Below are positions 39,440 to 48,255 of a stretch of 64,000 nt of DNA, piece after piece. The notes beneath the pieces are model-generated. The model saw only the letters and a list, made by a program, of their open reading frames with translations, ran no database searches and had not been told where the DNA came from. Numbering within the stretch: position 1 is the stretch's first letter; each line of letters opens with the position of its first letter. The stretch comes from an uncultured bacterium (lineage in GTDB: Bacteria > Krumholzibacteriota > Krumholzibacteriia > JACNKJ01). Location of the stretch: positions 2,080,001 through 2,144,000 of the forward strand of contig CAVOFT010000001.1 of assembly GCA_963695095.1 (NCBI GenBank). The letters are read 5' to 3'. The translations under genes and the position numbers were made by a program.

Positions 39440-40783
39440 CTACTCGACTGCCGTTTCGGTCGCCTGGACCACGCTCTCGGGCAGGTCCTCGTCGCTGCGG
39501 GATCGCGTGGGCATGCGCAACTGGAAGACGCTGCCCACGCCCGTCGTCTCCAGAAGCTCGAGCTGGCCGCCGTGCATCTCGACGATGCGATGCGCGATGG
39601 CCAGGCCGAGGCCGGTGCCGCCCGGCTTCGTCGTGAAGAAAGGCTCGAAGAGTCGCGCACGCGCCGCGGCCGGCACACCGGGGCCGTCGTCGGCGACCTC
39701 CATCACCAGCTCCTCGCCACTCGCGCCGTCCGCCGTCACCCCCGTGCGCAGCGTGATCGTCAGCGCGCCCGCCCAGGCCACGGCCTCGCAGCCGTTGGTG
39801 ATCAAGTTGATCGCGACCTGGCGCAGCATGCCGGGATCGGCCTCGACCATGGCCGGAGCGCCCTCGGCCTGCAGGGTCAGCTTGAGCCGCTCCTCGGCCT
39901 CGGTGCGCTGGCGGACCATGCGCAGCACTTCGCGCAGTAGCGCCGCCGGATCGAGCGGCTTGGGCTGCGGCCGCCGCTCGCGCGTGAAGTCGAGAAAGTC
40001 CGTGATCAGCAGGTTCAGCCGGTCGCTCTCTTTGAGAATCAGGTCCATCAGCACGCGGTGCTCGCCCGCCAGCGGCAGCTCGCCGGCGAGCAGCTCGACG
40101 CTGCCGGCGATGGAGGCCAGGGGATTCCTGATCTCGTGGGCGATCGAGGCGGCCAGGGCGCCCACCGCGGCCAGGCGCTCCTGCTGGCGCATGCGCCCCC
40201 GCAGCTTGCGCGCCTCGGTCAGGTCCTGGAAGACCGCCACGGCTCCCGCGCCGCGGCCGCCGGAGCCGGCCAGCCGGCTGGTCGAGATGCCCAGCGGCAG
40301 GACTCTGCCGTCGCTGCGCGTCACGTCCAGGCTGCCTCGCGTCACGGTTCTCCCGTCCAGGGCATCGCTGAGGAGCGCTGCCAGCCCGCGCTGGCCCGCG
40401 ATGGGCCAGCGGTCCACATGCTGTCCGATCATGCCTCCCCGGCCCATGCCGAGGATGCGCGTCGCCACTTCGTTCCAGCGGCAGACCGCCCCGTGCTCGT
40501 CCAGGCCGACGAGTCCGCTGGGGATGGCCGCAATGATGTCTTCGGCCGTCCGCGCGCTCTCCTGAAGCCTCCTTTCCGTGATCTCGCGCCGTCTCCGCTC
40601 ACCGCGGATGCCGGCCAGGGTCCAGCCGCCGGCGGCCCCCGCCGTCACGCCCAGACCGAGCAGGAGGGCCGGCGGCGCAGCCAGCAGCCCGGCCATCGCG
40701 AGGATGAAAGCGGCCGCGATCGCCAGCGCCGCCCGCCAGAGGGGATCCAAGCCGACGAATTCCAGATCCTCGCTCGGGCGCAC
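39440..40783 (-). CDS. pilS: Sensor histidine kinase with PAS domain
   Basis: N-terminal hydrophobic hairpin, PAS, AHEIRNPL, NLI.N, DDGPG and FFTTK..GTGLGL. Lies between pilC and pilR. Confidence 0.88.
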   Translation of the reverse strand: MRPSEDLEFVGLDPLWRAALAIAAAFILAMAGLLAAPPALLLGLGVTAGAAGGWTLAGIRGERRRREITERRLQESARTAEDIIAAIPSGLVGLDEHGAVCRWNEVATRILGMGRGGMIGQHVDRWPIAGQRGLAALLSDALDGRTVTRGSLDVTRSDGRVLPLGISTSRLAGSGGRGAGAVAVFQDLTEARKLRGRMRQQERLAAVGALAASIAHEIRNPLASIAGSVELLAGELPLAGEHRVLMDLILKESDRLNLLITDFLDFTRERRPQPKPLDPAALLREVLRMVRQRTEAEERLKLTLQAEGAPAMVEADPGMLRQVAINLITNGCEAVAWAGALTITLRTGVTADGASGEELVMEVADDGPGVPAAARARLFEPFFTTKPGGTGLGLAIAHRIVEMHGGQLELLETTGVGSVFQLRMPTRSRSDEDLPESVVQATETAVE

Positions 40784-40793
40784 GCTGCCCCTC

Positions 40794-42002
40794 CTAGCCT
40801 CCGGAGACCACGCTGATCAGCTTGAACATCGGCAAGTACATGGCGATGAGCATGCCGCCGACGATGAGACCCATGATGACGATCATCACCGGCTCGATGA
40901 CGGCCGTCAGCGACTCGACGGCGCTGTCCACTTCGTCATCGTAGAAATCGGCCAGCTTGCCGAGCATCTCGTCGAGGCGGCCCGTCTCCTCGCCGACGCC
41001 CACCATCTGCGTCACCATCGGCGGGAAGACGCCCGAGGCGCGCATCGGCTCGGCCAGGGTGGAGCCGCCGGTCACCGACGCGCGGATCTGGCCGACCGCA
41101 TCGGCGATGACGCGGTTGCCGGCAGCGCGGGCCGTGACGTTGAGGCCGTCGAGCAGCGGCACGCCGCTGGAGAGCAGGGTGCCCAGCGTGCGCGCGAAGC
41201 GGCTGACCGAGCCCTTGCGCACGACCTGGCCGATCACCGGGAAGCGCAGCATGTAGCCGTCGATCCGGCGGGCGCCCTTGTTCGTGGCCTTGTAGCGCTT
41301 GAAGAAGATGCCGCCGACAACGCCGAGCGCAATCAGGAGCCAGCCATAGTGCTTGAGCAGATTGCTCGCCCCCATCACGATCTTGGTGGGCAAGGGCAGC
41401 TCGCCGCCGAAGTCGGCGAACATCGCCGCGAAGCGGGGGATCAGGAAGAGGAGCATGAAGGCGGTGGCGCCCATGCTGACGCTGAAGACCACCAGCGGGT
41501 AGGTCATCGCGCCCTTCACCTTGCGGATCAGGGCTTCCATCTTCTCGAGATGGGTGGCCAGGCGCTCCAGGATGGTGTCCAGGATGCCGCCGGCTTCACC
41601 GGCCTCCACCATGGAGGTGAACAGCTCGTTGAAGACGGCCGGGTGGTCGCGCAGCGCCTCGTTCAGCGTCGAGCCGCCCTCGATGCGCTGGGTGACCCGT
41701 CGGATGATCCCCCGCAACTCCGGGTGGTCCATCTGCTGGGTCAGCACCTCGAGGCACTGGATGAGCGGCAGGCCGGCGCTGATCATCGTCGCGAACTGGC
41801 GCGTGAAAAGCGCGAGGTCCTTGACCCGCACTTTCTTGCGCTTGGTGAAGAGGCCCGCCTTGGCCGCCTGCTCCTGGACCAGCGTGATGCGAATCTTCTG
41901 CTTGCGCAGATTCCTGAGGACGTCCGCCTTGCTGTCGGCCTCCACAACACCGGAGACCCGCTTGCCGCTCAGCGAGATGCCCTGCCAGACGAAGCTTGCC
42001 AT
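40794..42002 (-). CDS. pilC: Type IV pilus platform protein
   Basis: FTRQFATMI.AGLP, GE.GG.LD, A.TYP, GEETG.L, IEP and YLPMF. Confidence 0.96.
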   Translation of the reverse strand: MASFVWQGISLSGKRVSGVVEADSKADVLRNLRKQKIRITLVQEQAAKAGLFTKRKKVRVKDLALFTRQFATMISAGLPLIQCLEVLTQQMDHPELRGIIRRVTQRIEGGSTLNEALRDHPAVFNELFTSMVEAGEAGGILDTILERLATHLEKMEALIRKVKGAMTYPLVVFSVSMGATAFMLLFLIPRFAAMFADFGGELPLPTKIVMGASNLLKHYGWLLIALGVVGGIFFKRYKATNKGARRIDGYMLRFPVIGQVVRKGSVSRFARTLGTLLSSGVPLLDGLNVTARAAGNRVIADAVGQIRASVTGGSTLAEPMRASGVFPPMVTQMVGVGEETGRLDEMLGKLADFYDDEVDSAVESLTAVIEPVMIVIMGLIVGGMLIAMYLPMFKLISVVSGG

Positions 42003-42017
42003 GCGCGTTCCCTTCCG

Positions 42018-43091
42018 CTAGGCGTCCATGTTCACGAGCTCGCCGATCATGTGCTGAAGCTCCATGGCGTCGCGGCTGCGGCCCATGGCGTCCTCCAGGC
42101 TGATCTGACGGTTGACGTAGAGCTCGTAGAGGCTCTGGTTCATCGTCCGCATGCCGTACTTCTGACCGGCCTGCATCATCCCGTAGACCTGGTGCACCTT
42201 CCCCTCGCGGATGGCGCTCTTGATGGCCGGCGTGCAGACGAGCACCTCCGAGCAGAGGCAGCGGCCGCCGCCGCGGGCGAGCGGGATCAGCTCCTGCGTC
42301 AAGACGCCCTGGAGCACGAAGGCGAGCTGGGCCGTCACCTGGGCCTGCTGCGAGCTGGGAAAGATGTCGATCAGGCGGTGGATGCTCTCGTAGGCGCTGT
42401 TCGTGTGCAGGGTGGCCAGGCAAAGGTGGCCCGTCTCGGCGATGGTCAAGGCGGCCTGGACGGTCTCCAGGTCGCGCATTTCGCCGATCAGGATCACGTC
42501 CGGGTCCTGCCGCAGGACGTACTTGAGCGCGACCGAGAAGCTCTCCGTGTCGGCGCGCACTTCGCGCTGGTTGACGATGCAGCGCTTGTGCTGGTGCAGG
42601 TACTCGATCGGGTCTTCGATCGTGATGATGTGCCCGGCCCGGTTCTCGTTGATCCAGTTGACCATGCTGGCCAGCGTGGTGCTCTTGCCGCTGCCCGTGG
42701 GCCCGGTGACGAGCACGAGTCCCTGCGTGCGCTTGGCGAACTCGCCCACGGCCGCGGGCAGGCCGAGCTGGGCGAGGCTCTTGATCTCGAAGGGAATCTG
42801 CCGCACCGCCAGACTGACCACGCCGCGCTGCAGGAACACGTTCGAGCGGAAGCGCGACAGGTTGGGGATGCCGAAGGAGAAGTCCAGCTCGCGCGTCTTC
42901 TCGAAGCGCGAGCGCTGGTCCTCGTTCATGATGCTGTAGGCGAGCTTGCGCGCCATCTCGGGCGTCACCCGATCGTCGCCGAAGCGCATGATCTCGCCGT
43001 CCACGCGGAACATGGGTGGCAGACCGGCCGAGATGTGGAGGTCGCTCGCCCCCTTCTCGATCATCTGACCGAGTAGATCGCGCAGGTTCAT
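42018..43091 (-). CDS. pilT: Pilus retraction ATPase
   Basis: ASDLH, GPTGSGKSTT, TIEDPIE, LRQDPD, ETGHL..ATLHT, AIKSAIRE and GMRTM. Confidence 0.96.
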   Translation of the reverse strand: MNLRDLLGQMIEKGASDLHISAGLPPMFRVDGEIMRFGDDRVTPEMARKLAYSIMNEDQRSRFEKTRELDFSFGIPNLSRFRSNVFLQRGVVSLAVRQIPFEIKSLAQLGLPAAVGEFAKRTQGLVLVTGPTGSGKSTTLASMVNWINENRAGHIITIEDPIEYLHQHKRCIVNQREVRADTESFSVALKYVLRQDPDVILIGEMRDLETVQAALTIAETGHLCLATLHTNSAYESIHRLIDIFPSSQQAQVTAQLAFVLQGVLTQELIPLARGGGRCLCSEVLVCTPAIKSAIREGKVHQVYGMMQAGQKYGMRTMNQSLYELYVNRQISLEDAMGRSRDAMELQHMIGELVNMDA

Positions 43092-43098
43092 GTTCACC

Positions 43099-44793
43099 TC
43101 AGTCAATGTTGGTCTCCCTCAGTACTTCCTCTAGAGTGGTCATGCCCTGGGCCATCTTCCACAGGGCGTCCTGCCGGAGCGTGATCATGCCGTCGCCGAT
43201 GGCGCGCTCGCGCAGCTCAGCCGTGGAGGCCCGGTCGAGCACCATCTCGCGCAGGGTGGGGGTCATCACCATCACCTCGTAGAGCCCGACGCGGCCGGCG
43301 TAGCCGCTGCCGCTGCAGCCGGGACAGCCGCTGCCCTTGTGCGGCTTCGCCGCGGCCGCGTCCTCCGGCGACATCCCCGCCTCCACGAGTACTTCGGCAT
43401 GCAGATCGATCGGCGCCTTGCACTTGCCGCAGATGCGCCGCACGAGGCGCTGGGCGAGGATCAGGCGCACGGAACTGGCCACGAGGAAGGGCTCGATGCC
43501 CATGTCCACCAGTCGGCCCACCGTGCTGGGCGCGTCGTTCGTGTGCACCGTCGAGAGCACCAGGTGCCCGGTGAGGGCGGCCTTGGTGGCGATGGAGGCC
43601 GTTTCCAGATCTCGGATCTCGCCCACCATCACGATGTTCGGGTCCTGGCGCAGGATGGAGCGCAGCGCGCCGGCGAAGGTCAGCCCCACCTCTTCGTTGA
43701 TCTGCACCTGGTTGATCCCGGGCAGGTTGTACTCGACCGGATCCTCGGTGGTGATGATGTTCACGCTCACCGTGTTGATCTTGGTGAGCGCCGAGTAGAG
43801 CGTGGTCGTCTTGCCGCTGCCGGTCGGGCCCGTCACCAGCACCATTCCGTAGGGGCTTTCCACTGCCTTGAGGAAGTCCGCCAGCGGCCGGTTCTGGAAG
43901 CCCAGCTTGTTGAGATCGACCTGCAGGTTGTCCTTGTCGAGAATGCGCATCACGATCTTCTCGTCGAAGATCGTCGGCAGCGTGCTCACGCGCATGTCGA
44001 TGTTGCGGCTGCCGATGCGCAGCTTGATGCGCCCGTCCTGGGGCACGCGGCGCTCGGCGATGTCCAGCTCGGCCATGATCTTGATGCGGCTGATGATCGC
44101 GCTCTTCAGCCGCGTCGGCGGGCTCATCATGTCGTGCAGCACGCCGTCGATGCGGTAGCGCACGCGCATGCTTTTCTCGTAGGGCTCGACGTGGATGTCG
44201 CTCGCCCCTCGCTGCACCGCGTCGGCCAGCAGACTGTTCACCAGCTTGACGACCGGGGCGGCCTGGCTCTCGGCCTCCAGCTCCCGCGTGTGCAGCATTT
44301 CCTCTTCGTCATCGATGACGTCGACGTCCTTGTCGATCTCCTTCATCATCTCGTCGAGGGTGCCCGCGCGGTCGTAGTAGCGGTCGATGGCGTCCTTGAT
44401 CGCCTGCTCGGGCGCCACCAAGGGCCGAATCTCCAGGCCCGTGTAGAACTTGAGATCATCGACCGCGAAGATGTTGTCGGGGTTCGCCATTGCCACATCC
44501 AGCACGCGGCCCTGGCGGCCGACGGGCACGAGCTGGAAGCGGGTGGCGATCTCCTCGGGGACCAGCTTGATGATCTCGGCGTCGATGCTCAGCCCGGGGA
44601 GGTCGATGGCCTGCACGCGATAGACGGAGGCGAGAAAATCGCGGAAGGCGGCTTCCTCGATGAAGCCGCTGGCGATGATGTGCTTGCTCAGCGAGCCGCC
44701 CTGGCGCTGATGCGCCTCGACGATGGCGCCCAGTTGCTCTGGCGTCAGCAGCCGGCTGGCCAGCAGCGCCTCGCTGAGTTTCTCGTTGCTCAC
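43099..44793 (-). CDS. pilB: Pilus extension ATPase with an MshEN-like N-terminus
   Basis: ASDIHVEP, DIAERRVPQDG, GPTGSGKTT, LRQDP, TGHLV and Zn motif CGKC...CPGC. GTG start after GGAGG. Confidence 0.96.
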   Translation of the reverse strand: MSNEKLSEALLASRLLTPEQLGAIVEAHQRQGGSLSKHIIASGFIEEAAFRDFLASVYRVQAIDLPGLSIDAEIIKLVPEEIATRFQLVPVGRQGRVLDVAMANPDNIFAVDDLKFYTGLEIRPLVAPEQAIKDAIDRYYDRAGTLDEMMKEIDKDVDVIDDEEEMLHTRELEAESQAAPVVKLVNSLLADAVQRGASDIHVEPYEKSMRVRYRIDGVLHDMMSPPTRLKSAIISRIKIMAELDIAERRVPQDGRIKLRIGSRNIDMRVSTLPTIFDEKIVMRILDKDNLQVDLNKLGFQNRPLADFLKAVESPYGMVLVTGPTGSGKTTTLYSALTKINTVSVNIITTEDPVEYNLPGINQVQINEEVGLTFAGALRSILRQDPNIVMVGEIRDLETASIATKAALTGHLVLSTVHTNDAPSTVGRLVDMGIEPFLVASSVRLILAQRLVRRICGKCKAPIDLHAEVLVEAGMSPEDAAAAKPHKGSGCPGCSGSGYAGRVGLYEVMVMTPTLREMVLDRASTAELRERAIGDGMITLRQDALWKMAQGMTTLEEVLRETNID

Positions 44794-44844
44794 GGATCCT
44801 CCGGGGGACAGGCAGCCCGAGAGGGGTGCCGCCGCTCCGCTGGA

Positions 44845-44860
44845 GGCAACGCATATGCCA
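44845..44860 (-). promoter_or_regulatory. Sigma54 promoter for pilBTCSR
   Basis: TGGCATATGCGTTGCC (GG-N10-GC), about 50 bp upstream of pilB. Confidence 0.8.
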
Positions 44861-44979
44861 GGTGCGTTTAGCCCGCGGCTGTCCCGAGGAGGGCGCAAGG
44901 GGGGCCATGCTTCCCGGCCCGGCAGCAGCGATTGCAGGAGTATCGGCAAGCTGGGCCGGGGCGTGCCCTTTTGCGCGAC

Positions 44980-46767
44980 CTACTGGTCAAGATGCCAGTC
45001 GAGACCGAGGCGCAGGGAGGCAGGCGGGATGGGAAAGCCGGGCAATTCCTCACCCGGCCGATCGAGGGCATTGGTGACGCGCAGCCAGAAGCGGGCGTCG
45101 ATGACCTGCAGTTCCACGCCGAGGTCCACGGTGGCGAGTTCGCCGTGATCGCTGCGCCCCGCCCGCAGCTCGACGCCGCCCGTCAAGCCGAGCCGCGCAT
45201 CGGCGGCGAAGAAGGGCCGCATCAAGTGCAGCTCGCCGCGCGCGGTGTAGGGATAGAAACTCCCCGCCGTCGCCGCCTGCCCCTGCCGCTCGGCGCGCAG
45301 GCTGCTCGTCGCCTTCAGCTCGCCGCCGAAACCCAGGAGCCGCGCGCCGAGGATGAGGTCCAGCGAGCGGCGATCCGACGCCGCCAGAGAGCGCCAGGCA
45401 TAGCCCTCATCAGAGGCCTGGGCAAACCAGTCCTGCCCCCCCCGCTCGGCGGCGGCGACGAGCCGGATCCAGCCGCGCTCGCCCCGCCGCGCCAGCGCAA
45501 CGATGGCCCTGAGCAGCGGCTGGGCCTCGGTCGCGGGCACGCCCGGCGTGCCGAGCCCCGCCGGCCACAGGCCGATGCCGGCGATGCGCTCGCGCTCCCA
45601 GGCCGTCGTCTCGGCGCCGCCGGCGAGGGCTGCGCTCAGCTCCGCGCCCGAGCGGGGCAGGCGCCAGCGCAGGCCGGCCTCGCCCGCCAGCTCACCGCGC
45701 CGCTCGGTCTCGGCCTCCAGCCGCAGGCCGGCGTTGAGATCGAGGGCGGGGCTCGCCGCGCCCCGCCAGCTGGCGCCCAGCCAGAGCCCTGCCGGCCGCG
45801 GCAGCGCCGCGGGGGCCGGATCGCTTCTGAAGCCGAGCTGATGGCGCTGGGCCCCGGCCGCGAGTCGCCAGCCGCCGGCCAGGCTGTCCGAGCCCCAGGC
45901 CCAGCGCAGGGCGACACTGGCCGCGCTCGCGCGGCCGTCGACGCTGCGCCGCTCGAGAAAGCGCTGCTCCAGCCGCAGCTCCCCCAGCGGCGAGGCGGGC
46001 AGGGCGAGGGCGAAGCGCGTCTGCTCGCGATACCAGGCGTCCCGCCGCGTGCCGCTGCGGTCCAGGTGCCAGCTGCTCTGATCGAGCGCGAAGCTCAGGG
46101 GTCCGGCGCTGCCGCCGGCCAGCTCCAGCCGCGTGGCCAGGGAGCGACGGCGGCTGAGCGTGACCTCCGGATCCGCCGCGAGGAACACGGGCTCGCCGTT
46201 CCAGACGGCGCTGAAGGGATAGCCGTCGCTGAAGACCTCGTCCAGGCCCACGCTGAGAGCCAGGTCCCCCGGCGGCGTGGCGAAGGCGAGGTGCCGGCCC
46301 CGTTCGGCGAAGCGGCCCCGCGAGAGCTGGATGCGCGTCGTCACCTTGGGCTCGCTGGGGCGGCGCGTCGTCACGCGGATGAGGCCGGCGATCGCGGCCG
46401 TGCCGAACTCGGCCGTCTGTGGCGTCAACTCCACCGACACCGATTCGACGAGCGACATCGGCAGCTCCTCGGCGAGCAGCTCGCCGGTCCAGGGGTCGCG
46501 CCAGGGCTCCCCGTCCACGACGAGCAGCAGCTCGCCCGGCCGCGCGGCGCCGGCCCGCGCGCGCCAGGGCAGTCCGGGCGCGCCCTGCCGCTCCACGACG
46601 AGCAGGGGGCAGGCGCGCAGCACCTCCTCGAGGGTCTCCGCGTGCAGGCGGCGCAGGGCATCGCCGGCCAGTTCCCAGCGCTGGGCGCTGGCGGGAGTCG
46701 CCCCCAGCGCCAGAGCGATCAGCAGGGCGAGGCCGAGCCCGGCCCGGGCGCGAGGGCGCTCAAGCAT
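44980..46767 (-). CDS. Divergent TonB-dependent-receptor-like outer-membrane protein (plug plus barrel)
   Basis: Signal peptide; plug-like LLVVDG.P...VESVSV.....AEFG..AIAGLI.VTTR; C-terminal NALD...LRLGLDWHL. Confidence 0.65.
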   Translation of the reverse strand: MLERPRARAGLGLALLIALALGATPASAQRWELAGDALRRLHAETLEEVLRACPLLVVERQGAPGLPWRARAGAARPGELLLVVDGEPWRDPWTGELLAEELPMSLVESVSVELTPQTAEFGTAAIAGLIRVTTRRPSEPKVTTRIQLSRGRFAERGRHLAFATPPGDLALSVGLDEVFSDGYPFSAVWNGEPVFLAADPEVTLSRRRSLATRLELAGGSAGPLSFALDQSSWHLDRSGTRRDAWYREQTRFALALPASPLGELRLEQRFLERRSVDGRASAASVALRWAWGSDSLAGGWRLAAGAQRHQLGFRSDPAPAALPRPAGLWLGASWRGAASPALDLNAGLRLEAETERRGELAGEAGLRWRLPRSGAELSAALAGGAETTAWERERIAGIGLWPAGLGTPGVPATEAQPLLRAIVALARRGERGWIRLVAAAERGGQDWFAQASDEGYAWRSLAASDRRSLDLILGARLLGFGGELKATSSLRAERQGQAATAGSFYPYTARGELHLMRPFFAADARLGLTGGVELRAGRSDHGELATVDLGVELQVIDARFWLRVTNALDRPGEELPGFPIPPASLRLGLDWHLDQ

Positions 46768-47302
46768 GGGCGGGCTCCGGTCCGCCGGCCAGGCGAGCCG
46801 CCTGCCGCCGGAGCGGCTCGGTGCAGGTCGCGAAGACGATGAGATTCACGGCCAGCGAGCCGGCGGTCATCAGGACGCCAAGCGCGGCCCAGCCCTCCCA
46901 GGCGCCCCCGGCGATGACGAGGAAGGCGAGGCTGGGCAGCCCCGGCAGCGCCAGCGCCGCCAGCAGCGCGAAGGGCAGGAGCAGCAGACGCCGAAGCCCC
47001 CCGCCTCCGCGTGCCGGGGTCAGCAGCCGGGCATAGAGCGCCCCGAGGCCGGCGATGAGGAGCCCCGCCAGGAGCTGGGCGGCGAAGAGCAGCGGCAGGG
47101 CCAGGCTCGAGCCATAGGGGTTGAGGCCGTAGTAGAGGGCGATGGCCAGGAGCGCGGCGCCGGCGCCGTCCCGCCAGCCGAGCAGGCAGCCCGCCATGAA
47201 GAGACTGAAGGTGACGAGCTCGACATTGGGGATGGGAGCGAAGAGGAAGCCGAGCGAGGCGGCCAGGGCGGCGAAGAGCGCAATGCGAACGGTGCGGCGC
47301 AC
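46760..47302 (-). CDS. ECF transporter S-component (CbrT-like)
   Basis: About 180 aa, highly hydrophobic, ALFAALA (AxxxA) in the first helix and IPNVELVT motif. Confidence 0.75.
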   Translation of the reverse strand: MRRTVRIALFAALAASLGFLFAPIPNVELVTFSLFMAGCLLGWRDGAGAALLAIALYYGLNPYGSSLALPLLFAAQLLAGLLIAGLGALYARLLTPARGGGGLRRLLLLPFALLAALALPGLPSLAFLVIAGGAWEGWAALGVLMTAGSLAVNLIVFATCTEPLRRQAARLAGGPEPAHA

Positions 47303-47367
47303 CCGGACTCCTCCTGCTCCTCCTCACACTACAGGGCGAGGGACGGCGGCCAGAACGCCCGGCGACC

Positions 47368-48231
47368 TTAGCCCAAGCCCTGGGGGCGGTCAAGGCGCGC
47401 CCCCGGCGGCCGCAGCGCGCGCAGCGCGGCCAGCGTGCTGCCCGCGACGCCCTCGGCGCCGAGCTCGCGGTTCGCGCTGCCCGGCTGATGGAAGTCGCTG
47501 CCGCCGGTGGCCAGCAGCCCCCAGCGCTTGCACTGCGCGCGCAGGCGCGCGCGTTCGGGCACGGACTGCTTGGGGTGGTCCACCTCCAGACCCTTGAGGC
47601 CCAGCGCGATGAAGCGGGGAAGCTGGGGCTCGTAGTCGCAGAGGGCCGGGTGGGCCAGCACCGGCACGGCGCCGTGGCTGGCCATCAGCGCGAAGCCGCG
47701 CTCGGGATCCATCAGCTGCTTGGGCTCGTAGGCCGGCCCCTCGTCGCCGATGTAGCGCTCGAAGGCCTCCTCGAGGCTGTCCACGTCGCCGCGGGCGATG
47801 AGGGCCTTGGCCACATGCGGGCGGCCCGGATTGCCGCCATCGGCCTGGGCCAGCACGTCGGCCAGCTCCACCGCGCAGCCCAGGGCGCGCAGCTTGGCGA
47901 CCATGCGCTCCGCCCGCGCGTGACGCATCCCCCGCAGCTCGGCGAGCACGGCGCGTAGCTCGACGCTCTCATGGTCGATCCAGTAGCCGAGCAGGTGGAC
48001 GTCGCGCGAGGCGACCTGCAGGCTGAGTTCGATGCCGGGGATCAGCTCGAGCCCGAGGCGCTCGGCCTCGCCCAGGGCCTCGGCGACGCCGTCGACGCTG
48101 TCGTGATCGGTGAGGGCCAGGCCGTCCAGACCCGCGAGCTGGGCGCGGCGGACCAGGGCCGCCGGCGCCAGCACGCCGTCAGAGGCGTTGCTGTGGCTGT
48201 GCAAGTCGTAGCGCAGGATGGGCCTCCTCAC
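47368..48231 (-). CDS. PHP-domain phosphoesterase (YciV/TrpH-like)
   Basis: DLHSHS..SDG, ALTDHD, GIE, VHLLGY, GRPH, LAHP and GGSDFH. Confidence 0.92.
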   Translation of the reverse strand: MRRPILRYDLHSHSNASDGVLAPAALVRRAQLAGLDGLALTDHDSVDGVAEALGEAERLGLELIPGIELSLQVASRDVHLLGYWIDHESVELRAVLAELRGMRHARAERMVAKLRALGCAVELADVLAQADGGNPGRPHVAKALIARGDVDSLEEAFERYIGDEGPAYEPKQLMDPERGFALMASHGAVPVLAHPALCDYEPQLPRFIALGLKGLEVDHPKQSVPERARLRAQCKRWGLLATGGSDFHQPGSANRELGAEGVAGSTLAALRALRPPGARLDRPQGLG

Positions 48232-48255
48232 CGGGCGGGGCGAGGAGGCAGCCTA

